NCBI GenBank assembly: GCA_965219455.1
Contig: OZ244744.1
Location: forward strand, 4,512,001-4,576,000
Length of the DNA: 64,000 nt
Source of the DNA: Candidatus Latescibacterota bacterium
Lineage (GTDB): Bacteria > Latescibacterota > UBA2968 > GCA-2709665
Reading direction: 5' to 3'
Shown here: positions 20,414 through 30,299 of the stretch, piece by piece
Layout of the letters: every line of letters begins with the position of its first letter
Numbering within the stretch: the first letter of the stretch is position 1
Program-made: the position numbers and the translations under genes
The notes under the pieces: generated by a model
Told to the model about the DNA's origin: nothing
Databases searched by the model: none
What the model saw: the letters and a program-made list of their open reading frames with translations, nothing else

Positions 20414-20539
20414 AGAACGATAGTTGGAACTTCGGGTGTCGTCACGATTGAAATTAAAGAGGGAACGTCAGCCGGCGAGCGGCGCGAAAGTCCGTCCGGC
20501 CAGTTGCAACCGTAAACGCAAGAGAGAGGGGATATCACG

Positions 20540-21289
20540 ATGGAACGACGCGGGTTTATTGCAACGCTTATTGCGTTGAGTTTCACCTGTTTTGCGTCAG
20601 GCGACGCGGTGGCGGGCGCGACGGTTTCCGGAACCATCAAACTGGAGTTCCCGGGCGGAAAAAAACCGGGCCGCAAGAAAATCCAGATGGCGGCCGACCC
20701 GGTCTGCGCGGGAAAACACACCGGCGGGCCGGCATTGAGCGAGGTCGTGGTGGTGGAGGACGATGGGGGTCTGCACAACGTGTTTGTCTACGTCAAGAAG
20801 GGGTTGGAGGGGAAGAAGTTCGACACGCCCGCCGAGGCCGCCGTTCTGGATCAGCAGGGCTGTATATACAGACCCCACGTCCTGGGCGTTATGGCAGGGC
20901 AGTCGATTACGGTGTTGAACAGCGACGGGACCCTGCACAACATCCATCCGAAGCCGCAGAACTCCTCCGAAGTCAATAGAGCGATGCCGAAGTTTTTGAA
21001 GAAGATCACGATTTCGTTCGCAAATTCGGAGGTGATGGTACCGGTCAAATGCGATGTGCATCCCTGGATGCGATCCTATATCGGCGTGATGGAACATCCT
21101 TTCTTCGCCGTTAGCGGAGAGGGCGGCAAATTCGAGATCGCGGGGTTGCCGGCGGGCGCCTATACCATCGAGGCATGGCACGAAAGCCAGCGGCTGGGCA
21201 CGATGACGGAGGAGATTACGGTTGCCGATGGCGAGTCCAAATCCCTGGATTTCATGTTCAAAATAAAGGCGAGAAAGCCGAAGAACTAG
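20540..21289 (+). CDS. exported cupredoxin-like/carboxypeptidase-regulatory-like domain protein
   Basis: RRGF signal; LHNIH...KCDVHPWM possible type-1 Cu ligands; GLPAGAYTIEAWHE. Confidence 0.7.
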   Translation: MERRGFIATLIALSFTCFASGDAVAGATVSGTIKLEFPGGKKPGRKKIQMAADPVCAGKHTGGPALSEVVVVEDDGGLHNVFVYVKKGLEGKKFDTPAEAAVLDQQGCIYRPHVLGVMAGQSITVLNSDGTLHNIHPKPQNSSEVNRAMPKFLKKITISFANSEVMVPVKCDVHPWMRSYIGVMEHPFFAVSGEGGKFEIAGLPAGAYTIEAWHESQRLGTMTEEITVADGESKSLDFMFKIKARKPKN

Positions 21290-21361
21290 GCGCGCTTCCT
21301 CGGACTGGCAACGCGGGCGGATGATAGGGTCCGCCCCGCGACAATACGTGAGGGGTCCCGA

Positions 21362-22132
21362 ATGCAAGAAAAGGTGTACGGTTACTGGCTGCCAATTGAT
21401 ATCTCAACACACGGCGCAACCGTGGATTGGCTGATCAATTGGCTGCATGTCTTTATGTTGGCGCTGTTTCTGGGTTGGGGCGTGTTCTTTGTCTACTGCC
21501 TTGTCCGGTACCGGAGGAGAACAAACCCCGCGGCGACTTACGATCCCGTGAAGGGAAAACTGGCCAAATACGTGGAGTACGGCGTGATCGTCGTCGAGGC
21601 CGTGCTGCTTGTCGGACTCTCCATGCCGCTCTGGGCGGACTTCAAACACGCGTTTCCCGACGAATCCGACGCGCTGGTGGTGCGGGTGGTGCCCGAGCAG
21701 TTTGCATGGAATATCCACTATTCGGGGAAAGACGGAATATTCGGACGGTCGGCGCCGCAATTCGTGAGCGCCGATAATCTGCTTGGGCTGGATCCCGACG
21801 ATCCGAACGGCAACGACGATTTCAATGCCATCAACAACCTGCATATTGTGAAGGACAAGCCCGTCATTGCGCACCTCTCGTCGAAGGATGTCATTCACAG
21901 CTTCAAGATCCCGGTGATGCGATTGACGCAGGATGCGATTCCCGGGCAGGACATCAAGATCTGGTTCGAGGCGACCAGGACCGGTACGTTCGATATCGCG
22001 TGTGCCCAGCTGTGCGGTCTGGGGCACTATCGCATGCGCGGGCAATTGACGATCGAGTCGGAAGCGGTGTTCCAGGCCTGGTTCGATGAGCAGTCCGGCG
22101 CAGCGGATGAAGAAGACGAGTTTTCCTTTTAA
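21362..22132 (+). CDS. coxB: cytochrome c oxidase subunit II
   Basis: DVIHSF...CAQLCGLGHYRM CuA motif; two TMs. Confidence 0.93.
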   Translation: MQEKVYGYWLPIDISTHGATVDWLINWLHVFMLALFLGWGVFFVYCLVRYRRRTNPAATYDPVKGKLAKYVEYGVIVVEAVLLVGLSMPLWADFKHAFPDESDALVVRVVPEQFAWNIHYSGKDGIFGRSAPQFVSADNLLGLDPDDPNGNDDFNAINNLHIVKDKPVIAHLSSKDVIHSFKIPVMRLTQDAIPGQDIKIWFEATRTGTFDIACAQLCGLGHYRMRGQLTIESEAVFQAWFDEQSGAADEEDEFSF

Positions 22133-22144
22133 GGAGCCTGTTTT

Positions 22145-23941
22145 ATGGCTGAGCAAGCGCACGGTGATCACGGACACCATGAATTGACGTACTGGCGCAA
22201 GTACATTTTTTCCGTCGATCACAAAATTATCGGGATTCAATACGCGGTCACCGCCCTGTTTTTCCTGTTTTTCGGCTTCTGCCTGATGATGATGATGCGG
22301 TGGCAGTTGGCCTATCCCGGGCAGCCGATACCCTGGATCGGCAAGTTGTTCAGCGCGGTGAACATGCCGGAAGGCGTGATGGTGCCGGAGTTTTACAACC
22401 AGCTCGGGGCCATGCACGGAACCATCATGGTGTTCCTGGGCGTGGTTCCGCTGGCCGTGGGTGGATTCGGGAACTACGTGCTGCCCCTCCAGATCGGCGC
22501 GCCGGACATGGCGTTTCCGAAGATCAACATGGCGAGTTACTGGATATTTGTCGTGGGCGGCATCATTATGCTGGCCAGCTTCTTCGTTCCCGAGGGTGCG
22601 GCTCAGTCCGGCTGGACGTCCTATCCTCCGCTGGCCAACATCGCGCCAACGGGGCAGACCTGGTGGCTGTGGGGCATGGTGGCCCTGATTACGTCATCAT
22701 TACTGGGCTCGGTGAATTTTATCGTAACGACGGTGCAGATGAGGGCGGAGGGGCTGTCGTTCTTCCGGCTGCCGTTTTTTGTGTGGGCGCAGTTCGTGAC
22801 GGCGTTCCTGCTGCTGCTGGCGTTCCCGCCGCTGGAGGCCGCCGGCGTTATGCAGCTCATGGATCGGATCGGGGGTACCAGCTTCTTCATGCCGAGCGGC
22901 CTGGTCGTAACAGGGCAGGCGCTGGAAGTGAGCGGCGGCGGCAGTCCGCTGCTGTGGCAGCACCTGTTCTGGTTTCTTGCGCATCCGGAAGTCTACGTTC
23001 TGATTCTGCCGGCGATGGGCATCGTCGGCGAGATTGTGGCCAACAATACCCGCCGGCCGCTATGGGGGTATCGCACGCTGGTCTACTCGATTATCTTTGT
23101 CGGGTTCATGTCGTTTACCGTCTGGGCGCACCATATGTTCATGACGGGGATGGGGACCACAATCAGTACCTTCTTCCAGGCCACGACCATGATCATCTCC
23201 ATTCCGTCGGTGATTATCCTGACGGCGTTTGCGTTGAGCCTGTACGGCGCGTCCATCCGGTTTTCGGTGCCCATGCTGTTCTGCCTGGCATTCATTCCCA
23301 TGTTCGCCATCGGGGGGTTGACCGGGCTTCCGCTGGGTCTCACGGCCGCGGACCTGCATCTGCACGATACGTATTACGTGATCGGCCATTTCCACTATGT
23401 GGTGGCGCCGGGCACGATATTTGCGCTGTTTGCCGGGGTCTATCACTGGTTTCCCAAGGTGACCGGCCGCATGATGAACGAGGCATTGGGCAAGCTGCAT
23501 TTCTGGTTCAGCCTGATCTTTATGAACGGTGTATTCATGCCGATGTTGTTCGTGGGGATGGCCGGGGTTTCCAGGCGGCTTTACGACCAGACACAGTACG
23601 CGTACGGGGCGCAGGTGCAGGGGCTGACAACGATGAGTTCCTGGTCTGCATGGCTAATGGGGCTGGCGCAGATATTCTTCATCGTCAATTTCTTTATGAG
23701 TATAAGGAAGGGCCGGAAGGTTGAGTCGGACAATCCGTGGCAGGCCACCACCCTGGAGTGGGCAACGCCCACGCCGCCTCCGCACGGGAATTTCGCGGTT
23801 CCGCCTACGGTCTACCGCGGGCCGTACGAATATAGCGTGCCCGGGGCCTCGAGCGATTTCACGCCACAATACGCGTCTGAAAACGGGCAGGTGGCTCAAC
23901 CCGAGCCCGCGCCCACGCCCACGCCCGCGGACGACGACTAA
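22145..23941 (+). CDS. coxA: cytochrome c oxidase subunit I (A-type)
   Basis: DHKIIG, MHGTIM, FWFLAHPEVY, WAHHM, HDTYYVIGHFH. Confidence 0.96.
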   Translation: MAEQAHGDHGHHELTYWRKYIFSVDHKIIGIQYAVTALFFLFFGFCLMMMMRWQLAYPGQPIPWIGKLFSAVNMPEGVMVPEFYNQLGAMHGTIMVFLGVVPLAVGGFGNYVLPLQIGAPDMAFPKINMASYWIFVVGGIIMLASFFVPEGAAQSGWTSYPPLANIAPTGQTWWLWGMVALITSSLLGSVNFIVTTVQMRAEGLSFFRLPFFVWAQFVTAFLLLLAFPPLEAAGVMQLMDRIGGTSFFMPSGLVVTGQALEVSGGGSPLLWQHLFWFLAHPEVYVLILPAMGIVGEIVANNTRRPLWGYRTLVYSIIFVGFMSFTVWAHHMFMTGMGTTISTFFQATTMIISIPSVIILTAFALSLYGASIRFSVPMLFCLAFIPMFAIGGLTGLPLGLTAADLHLHDTYYVIGHFHYVVAPGTIFALFAGVYHWFPKVTGRMMNEALGKLHFWFSLIFMNGVFMPMLFVGMAGVSRRLYDQTQYAYGAQVQGLTTMSSWSAWLMGLAQIFFIVNFFMSIRKGRKVESDNPWQATTLEWATPTPPPHGNFAVPPTVYRGPYEYSVPGASSDFTPQYASENGQVAQPEPAPTPTPADDD

Positions 23942-24006
23942 CCCCGCTGTCGGCGAGGGCGGTGGAACCGAGGTGTCGGTCCGCGACAACGCAAAGGAGA
24001 TAAACG

Positions 24007-24606
24007 GTGTCCGTTGAAGAAATTCCCCACACGGTGGAGCCGCATCCGATAACCGGGGTATATAACGGGAAGTTCGGGATCTGGTTGTTCCTGGCGTCCG
24101 AGGTGATGCTGTTTGGTGCGCTGTTTTCAACGCTGGTCCTGCTCAGGGTCGGCGCGCCGTCCTGGCCGCACGGCTGGGAGTTGCTGAATGTCCCGCTGGC
24201 CACGCTGAATACGTTCGTGCTCATCGCCTCCAGTGTGACCATGGTGATGTCCTGGGCATCCTTGAAAATGGACAACTTCGGCAGGTTCAAGCTCTATCTG
24301 GGCCTGACGGTATTGCTGGCGTTTGTGTTCCTGGTTGTGAAGTACTTCGAATACACCCACAAATTTCATCTCGGCATCTATCCGTCCACCAACACGTTTT
24401 ACGCCACGTATTTTACGATGACCGGCCTGCATGGACTGCACGTGATCGGTGGCATCGTCGTAAATCTCTACCTGCTGTTCCCGGGCAGCAAGCTCTGGCA
24501 CACGGCGCCGGAGCAGTTTGCAAACCGGATCGAGTGCGCCGGACTTTACTGGCACTTTGTAGATCTGGTCTGGATCTTTTTGTTCCCGATTCTTTATCTG
24601 CTGTAA
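24007..24606 (+). CDS. coxC: cytochrome c oxidase subunit III
   Basis: WLFLASEVMLF, TGLHGLHV, GLYWHFVDLVW. Confidence 0.94.
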   Translation: MSVEEIPHTVEPHPITGVYNGKFGIWLFLASEVMLFGALFSTLVLLRVGAPSWPHGWELLNVPLATLNTFVLIASSVTMVMSWASLKMDNFGRFKLYLGLTVLLAFVFLVVKYFEYTHKFHLGIYPSTNTFYATYFTMTGLHGLHVIGGIVVNLYLLFPGSKLWHTAPEQFANRIECAGLYWHFVDLVWIFLFPILYLL

Positions 24607-24792
24607 GAAGCTGTTTTAAAATTACCGGTGAGTTCCCGAGCGCGAGCGAAAAAGGGGCGGTCAAGGCGGGCGAAGTCGCCCAAGAGAGGCGAGCGAGCGC
24701 AGCCTCGACCTCTCAATACAGGTGGCTTTGACCAACACCGACCGGCGCTTTTGCAGCCGCGCGAAGACCGCTGGGAATTTTAAGACAGCTTC
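24607..24792. mobile_element. MITE-like element between coxC and coxD
   Basis: 17-bp TIR GAAGCTGTTTTAAAATT/AATTTTAAGACAGCTTC (1 mismatch) flanked by TAA direct repeats. Confidence 0.75.
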
Positions 24793-24805
24793 TAAGGAGC
24801 CTGGT

Positions 24806-25123
24806 ATGGCTGATAGCGCCGAAGAGATCAGAAAGCATGTTCGGGTTTACATTTTGGTGTTTGCCGCGCTGGCCGTGCTGACGGGCGTCACGGTCGGCGT
24901 GTCCTATCTTCAGATCGAGTCGGTGGCGGCTACCGTCCTGATCGCGCTATTCATTGCGAGTATCAAGGGCGGGCTGGTCGCCGGATATTTCATGCATCTG
25001 GTTTCGGAAAAACAGATCGTCTACTGGGTGCTGGCGCTAACGGTCGTGTTTTTTGCCGTACTGATGCTGGTTCCGGTGGTTACCGAATTCTCGGGCGTGG
25101 GTGAACTGATGGGCAAGACCTGA
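24806..25123 (+). CDS. cytochrome c oxidase subunit IV family
   Basis: Three TMs; IASIKGGLVAGYFMHL motif; AAGGAG RBS. Confidence 0.85.
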   Translation: MADSAEEIRKHVRVYILVFAALAVLTGVTVGVSYLQIESVAATVLIALFIASIKGGLVAGYFMHLVSEKQIVYWVLALTVVFFAVLMLVPVVTEFSGVGELMGKT

Positions 25124-25136
25124 ACCGGAGAACGCG

Positions 25137-25343
25137 ATGTCTCTTAAAGCATTCCACGTGGTCTTTGTGATTGTGTCCATTCTCTGCTGTCTGGGATTTG
25201 GCATCTGGGCTATACAGGACTATGTCGCAACAGGCAACAGAACGAATCTCGGACTGGGTGTCGGCTCCTTCGCGGGGTGCGGCGTGCTGGTCTGGTACGG
25301 CCTGTGGTTCCTGAAGAAGCTCAAGGGATGGAGTTATCTATGA
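25137..25343 (+). CDS. small two-TM membrane protein
   Basis: MSLKAFHVVF..., GGAG RBS, within cox operon. Confidence 0.7.
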   Translation: MSLKAFHVVFVIVSILCCLGFGIWAIQDYVATGNRTNLGLGVGSFAGCGVLVWYGLWFLKKLKGWSYL

Positions 25344-25636
25344 GGCGGACCTGCGTTGCGGCGGCCGTGGTTGCGGCGGTGATGCTGCCCGAGATGGTGC
25401 GGGCCTGTGCAGTGTGTTATGGGAATCCGGAATCGGATATGGCAAAGGGCGCGGCGGCGGGCGTTCTGGTGCTGATGGGCATCATCGTGTCCGTGCTGGC
25501 CGGGATTGTGGGGGTGACGGTGTTCTGGATGCGCCGGGCGCGCCGCTACCGGAACGCACGTGCGCAATATATATCCGAACGACGAACGGGGTTTCCGGGT
25601 ATGAACGGTAAGTGGCTTGCCGCCGACGCGGAATAA
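25340..25636 (+). CDS. small membrane protein with CxxC after signal peptide
   Basis: Signal, then ACAVCYG, then TM; ATGA overlap with upstream gene. Confidence 0.65.
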   Translation: MRRTCVAAAVVAAVMLPEMVRACAVCYGNPESDMAKGAAAGVLVLMGIIVSVLAGIVGVTVFWMRRARRYRNARAQYISERRTGFPGMNGKWLAADAE

Positions 25637-25664
25637 GTGGAGCTGGCGGGTGAGCCGGACGGAG

Positions 25665-26669
25665 ATGGATATCGCGATGGCGCAGGGGTATCGCTGGCTG
25701 CACCGGTTTTCCGTGTTCACGGCCGGCGCAACCCTTTTTTTAATTTTCGCCGGCGCAATGGTCAGCAGTACGGGTTCGGGGCTGGCGGTTCCGGACTGGC
25801 CGCTCTCCTACGGAATGGTTTTTCCGCCCATGGTGGGCGGGATCTTCTACGAACACGGACACCGGATGGTGGCGACCTTTGTGGGGATCCTGACCACGGT
25901 TCTTGCCATCTGGTTGTGGCGTAGGGAAGAGCGGGGTTGGTTGCGGGGCCTGGGCGTGGCGGCTCTGGCCGCCATTGTCCTGCAGGGTCTGCTGGGCGGT
26001 TTGACGGTGCTGTATCTCCTGCCCACGTGGATTTCCGTTAGCCACGCCTGCCTGGCGCAGGCCTTTTTCTGTCTAACCGTTGGTATCGCGCTGTTTACGT
26101 CGGCCGGGTGGCGTACGGCCGCCGAGCCGTTACCGGAGACGGGCGGTGTACCGCTGAGTTGGCTGGCTGCGGCCGGCACAACGGCGGTTTTCGTTCAACT
26201 GGTATTAGGCGCACTGATGCGGCATACCGAGTCCGGTCTGGCCATTCCCGATTTTCCACTTTCCTTTGGCCGTCTGATTCCGCCGTTTTCCGAATTGACG
26301 GTCGATGCAACGGACCCGTTTCCCATCTCGATCGATACGTACAGGACGCGCGTGGCCATTCACTTTGCCCATCGGGCCTGGGCCGTTGCTGTGTCGGGTG
26401 TTCTGATCTGGGGTGTGTGCCGCGTGCTGCGCGCGTACAAGACCCGACCCGCATTGACGAGGCCCTCGTTGGCGCTACTGGGGCTGCTGTTTGTTCAGCT
26501 TGCTCTGGGCGCCCTGGTGATCTGGACCGGTAAGGTCGTCGCGATTACGACGTTGCATGTCGTGGTGGGCGCGGCGGTGCTGGCTACCAGCCTGGTGCTG
26601 ACGCTTCGCGTATGGCGGATGCATGCCGCTACAGATACGGGGATCGTATTCACGGGCGCGGCACGTTGA
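25665..26669 (+). CDS. ctaA: heme A synthase (COX15/CtaA family)
   Basis: GSGLAVPDWP, YEHGHR, SHACLAQ, HFAHR, TTLH. Confidence 0.88.
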   Translation: MDIAMAQGYRWLHRFSVFTAGATLFLIFAGAMVSSTGSGLAVPDWPLSYGMVFPPMVGGIFYEHGHRMVATFVGILTTVLAIWLWRREERGWLRGLGVAALAAIVLQGLLGGLTVLYLLPTWISVSHACLAQAFFCLTVGIALFTSAGWRTAAEPLPETGGVPLSWLAAAGTTAVFVQLVLGALMRHTESGLAIPDFPLSFGRLIPPFSELTVDATDPFPISIDTYRTRVAIHFAHRAWAVAVSGVLIWGVCRVLRAYKTRPALTRPSLALLGLLFVQLALGALVIWTGKVVAITTLHVVVGAAVLATSLVLTLRVWRMHAATDTGIVFTGAAR

Positions 26670-26689
26670 GTGTTGGAGGTTCTACTTTT

Positions 26690-27595
26690 ATGAAACCGCA
26701 GGTTGAGGCCGGGGCGGCGAGTCTGGCGCTATCGTGGGTGCGCGTGATGGACTACGTGGCCCTCACTAAACCCAAAATCACCGTATTCGTCGCATTGAGT
26801 ACAACGGTAGGTTTTGTTCTGGGTGCGGCCGGTGTCTTCGAGTTCCTTCGACTCTTGCATACGCTGCTGGCGACGTTCCTGGTCGCGAGCGGTTCGGCGG
26901 TGCTGAATCAGTTCCTGGAGCGGAAGTTGGATGCCCGGATGGAGCGGACCGCGAACCGGCCCCTGCCCGCCGGCCGCCTGTATCCGGAAGAGGCCTTTCT
27001 TTTAGGGCTGCTGTTGTCCGGAATCGGTATCCTTTATATGGGGCTGCAAATCAACTGGTTGGCGAGTTTTCTGGCTGCGTTGACGTCGGTTATTTATCTT
27101 TTTCTGTATACACCGCTGAAGCGGAAATCCACGCACAACACCGCCGTCGGCGCCATCGCGGGGGCGTTACCGCCCGTGGGCGGTTGGGCCGCGGCGCAGG
27201 GGGAGATCGGCGGCGGCGCGTGGCTGCTGTTCGGTATTCTGTTTTTCTGGCAGTTCCCGCACTTTTTCTCTATCGCCTGGATCTATCGGGAAGACTACGT
27301 CCGCGGCGGATTCAAAATGATTTCGACAAACGATCCGGAGGGCCGGCGCACGGCCAGGCAAATCAACATTTACAGCGCCATCCTGCTGGCTTTTTGCCTG
27401 CTCCCCTGGCTGGCGGGATTGGGCGGTGTGCTTTACCTTGCCGTGGCTGTGGCAGTGGGGCTCCCCCTTCTGTATTCCGGTATTGTGTTTGCCAGAACCC
27501 GGTCCGAGCAAAACGCGAGGCGGCTGTTGCGCACGACGCTGATCTATCTGCCTCTGCTTTGGATCGCCCTGTTGTTCGATACGTTCAGTTTGTGA
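26690..27595 (+). CDS. cyoE: heme O synthase (protoheme IX farnesyltransferase)
   Basis: LTKP, DARMERTANRPLP, YTPLKR, FWQFPHF. Confidence 0.93.
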   Translation: MKPQVEAGAASLALSWVRVMDYVALTKPKITVFVALSTTVGFVLGAAGVFEFLRLLHTLLATFLVASGSAVLNQFLERKLDARMERTANRPLPAGRLYPEEAFLLGLLLSGIGILYMGLQINWLASFLAALTSVIYLFLYTPLKRKSTHNTAVGAIAGALPPVGGWAAAQGEIGGGAWLLFGILFFWQFPHFFSIAWIYREDYVRGGFKMISTNDPEGRRTARQINIYSAILLAFCLLPWLAGLGGVLYLAVAVAVGLPLLYSGIVFARTRSEQNARRLLRTTLIYLPLLWIALLFDTFSL

Positions 27596-27686
27596 GATCG
27601 GGCTACGCAATCCAGGTATTTCCAGGTGATAGGGGTTGCCTATCACCTTTCTCTTTTCGGAAGATGAAGGTTTCCAAGGAGTTTCT

Positions 27687-28628
27687 GTGTCGATTGCCAT
27701 AGCGGTTGCCGGGCTACGCCATTGTTACGGAAAACGGAGAGCACTGGACGGTATCAGCCTTCGAATCGAGAAGGGGGAAGTCTATGGCCTGCTCGGCCCG
27801 AACGGCGGCGGGAAGACGACCCTGTTCCGCATCCTCAGCACCCTGCTGGAGCCCAACGATGGAACGGTTCGTATATTGGGCCGTGATCCCCTGCGAGATG
27901 CGGCAGGAATACGTGCGCGCATCGGGGTTGTGTTTCAGCACGCCAGCCTGGACCTCAAGCTGACGGTTCTTGAGAATCTGCGCCACCAGGGCCATCTATA
28001 TGGTCTGCGTGGGCGGAGCCTGCTGGAGCGAATCGAATCGGTTCTCGGGAGGGTCCGCCTCACGGATCGCAGAGACGACCGGACGGAGGAGCTTTCCGGC
28101 GGACTTCGGCGGCGGGTGGACCTGGCAAGGGGGCTGTTGCACGGGCCGGAGCTGTTGCTATTCGACGAACCCTCCAGTGGATTGGATCCGCTCGCCCGGA
28201 GGGCGTTGTGGGGCGATCTGCAGAAGCTTCGGGAGGAACAGGGTGTCACGGTCCTGCTGACCACGCATTTCATCGAGGAAGCGGAGCGATGCGACCGGGT
28301 GGGCATCCTGGATCGGGGGCGGCTTGTCACGGAGGGTACGCCGGAGGCACTGAAGCGTTCGATGAACAAAGACGTGTTGGTGATTGAAGCGGAACATACG
28401 GAGGCATTGAGCGCCGATATTGAAGCGCGGGTGAGCGTTTCGCCCGTACTCCTGGACGGTACCGTGCGGATCGAGTGTGACGACGGGCAGGCGATGATGG
28501 CATCTCTGTACGCCTGTTTCAGGGAACGGATTTCTGCAATCAGACTGGGAAGGCCCACGTTGGAGGATGTGTTTATCCGTGAGACCGGGCGTCCGTTCGA
28601 GTCGGAGGAGGGCGAAAATGCCGGCTGA
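27687..28628 (+). CDS. ABC transporter ATP-binding protein
   Basis: GPNGGGKT, LSGG, LLFDEP, TTH. Confidence 0.92.
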   Translation: MSIAIAVAGLRHCYGKRRALDGISLRIEKGEVYGLLGPNGGGKTTLFRILSTLLEPNDGTVRILGRDPLRDAAGIRARIGVVFQHASLDLKLTVLENLRHQGHLYGLRGRSLLERIESVLGRVRLTDRRDDRTEELSGGLRRRVDLARGLLHGPELLLFDEPSSGLDPLARRALWGDLQKLREEQGVTVLLTTHFIEEAERCDRVGILDRGRLVTEGTPEALKRSMNKDVLVIEAEHTEALSADIEARVSVSPVLLDGTVRIECDDGQAMMASLYACFRERISAIRLGRPTLEDVFIRETGRPFESEEGENAG

Positions 28629-29427
28629 CGCAAGGCGTGGCGAGGGGTTTTTTCTGCCGGCGGCTACGCTGTGGAAGCGGGAACTCGTACGATTTGCCAG
28701 AGACCGGCACCGGTTGTTCGGCGCCATCCTGCAACCCGTCGTGTTCTGGCTGCTGTTGGGCATTGGAATGAATGCGTCTTTCGCACCCGCCGGGCTGGCG
28801 GGTACGATGAGTTACCTGGAATATATCTATCCGGGCACGCTCCTGATGGTGCTGCTTTTTACCGCTATTTTCTCCACGATTTCGGTGGTTGAGGACCGGA
28901 GAGAGGGGTTCATGCAATCCGTGCTGGTCGCGCCGGTTTCCCGAAGCGGCGTGGTTCTCGGCAAGGTGCTGGGTGGTACGACGCTGGCGGTGTTGGAAGG
29001 GATGGTGTTCCTGGTGTTCGTCTATCAGCTGGACATTCCGGTCAGCCCTGTTTCTCTCGCGGCAACGGTGGCGTTTCTGTTTCTGGTGGGTTTGGCGCTA
29101 ACGGGCCTGGGTTTTGCAATCGCGTGGCGAATGGCGTCCACGGCGGGCTTCCATGCAATTATGAATCTGTTTCTGTTGCCCATGTGGGCGCTCTCGGGGG
29201 CGCTGTTTCCGCTTTCCGGCGTGCCGGACTGGCTTGGGTGGGTGATGCGGATAAATCCATTGACGTACGGCGTCGCGGGGGTGCGGCATACTCTGTATAT
29301 GGAGGCGCCTGAATTGACGGGGCAGATTCCGCCGCTGGAGGCGTGCATTGTTGTGACGTGTCTGTTCGTTCTGTTGACGTTGGGCATTTCCCTGGGTGTG
29401 ATCAGGCGACGGGAAGGAGCGCGATAA
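28618..29427 (+). CDS. ABC-2 type permease
   Basis: DRREGF..VLVAPVSR, LSGALFP, NPLTYGV. Confidence 0.9.
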   Translation: MPADARRGEGFFLPAATLWKRELVRFARDRHRLFGAILQPVVFWLLLGIGMNASFAPAGLAGTMSYLEYIYPGTLLMVLLFTAIFSTISVVEDRREGFMQSVLVAPVSRSGVVLGKVLGGTTLAVLEGMVFLVFVYQLDIPVSPVSLAATVAFLFLVGLALTGLGFAIAWRMASTAGFHAIMNLFLLPMWALSGALFPLSGVPDWLGWVMRINPLTYGVAGVRHTLYMEAPELTGQIPPLEACIVVTCLFVLLTLGISLGVIRRREGAR

Positions 29428-29432
29428 ATACG

Positions 29433-30065
29433 ATGGGCGTACCCGGACAGGTTCGTGTTTTCTGGTTGGTATTGATAGGCGCAACACTATTGATGCTGAC
29501 GGTGGGGGCGTTTCTGTTCTTGCGTGAAGTCAAGGCGATACGGGCGCAGTCTCAGCGGCTGCCGGTTCTGAGCGAGGTTCCGGAGTTCGTGCTCGTGGAA
29601 CGCAGCGGGACGGATGTACGGCTTTCGGACCTGCTCGGCCGGGTGTGGGTTGCGGATTTTATCTTCACCCATTGTGCGGGTCCGTGTCCGCTGCTTTCGG
29701 CGCAGATGCAGGCGCTTCAGGCGCCGCTGAGGGAGATGCCGGATGCGCGGCTGGTGTCCTTTTCGGTGGATCCGGAGCGGGATACGCCGGGAGTGCTTTC
29801 GGAGTACGCGGATCGTTATCTCGCGGATAAGGATCGCTGGCTGTTTCTGACGGGCGAGAAGGCCAGGGTGTACAGCGTTATTCTCGAGGGATTTCAACTG
29901 GGCGTGGGCGGTGTGGAGGCCGGCACCGACCAGATCATGCACAGTCTGCGCTTTGCGCTGGTGGACAGGAAAGGGAGGGTTCGGGCCTACTACGACGGGA
30001 CCGACCCGGGTCTCCCGAGGAAATTACTCCCCGAGTTGAGGATGCTGTTGAAGGAAAGCGACTGA
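29433..30065 (+). CDS. SCO family copper chaperone
   Basis: FTHCAGPCP, SVDPERDTP, conserved His in IMHS. Confidence 0.92.
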   Translation: MGVPGQVRVFWLVLIGATLLMLTVGAFLFLREVKAIRAQSQRLPVLSEVPEFVLVERSGTDVRLSDLLGRVWVADFIFTHCAGPCPLLSAQMQALQAPLREMPDARLVSFSVDPERDTPGVLSEYADRYLADKDRWLFLTGEKARVYSVILEGFQLGVGGVEAGTDQIMHSLRFALVDRKGRVRAYYDGTDPGLPRKLLPELRMLLKESD

Positions 30066-30299
30066 GTTTCGCCGCCTCCTGGTGTGCGGTTCGAACGCCC
30101 GTTCAATCGATATCTGTCGGATTCGGCACCGATTCGGCACAGGCGTCCGCTAACAACCCCGTCCGTTTGATGGAACCCGATGGTTGCCAGGGAGTTAGAA
30201 CAAGCGTTGCAAACCCGGGCTTGCCGACTTCATGGCGATACCCGGGCGAACCCGTTCAAAGCGGTTGTCTCGCCCGTCTTGTTTTTTCCGAGGGATCTT

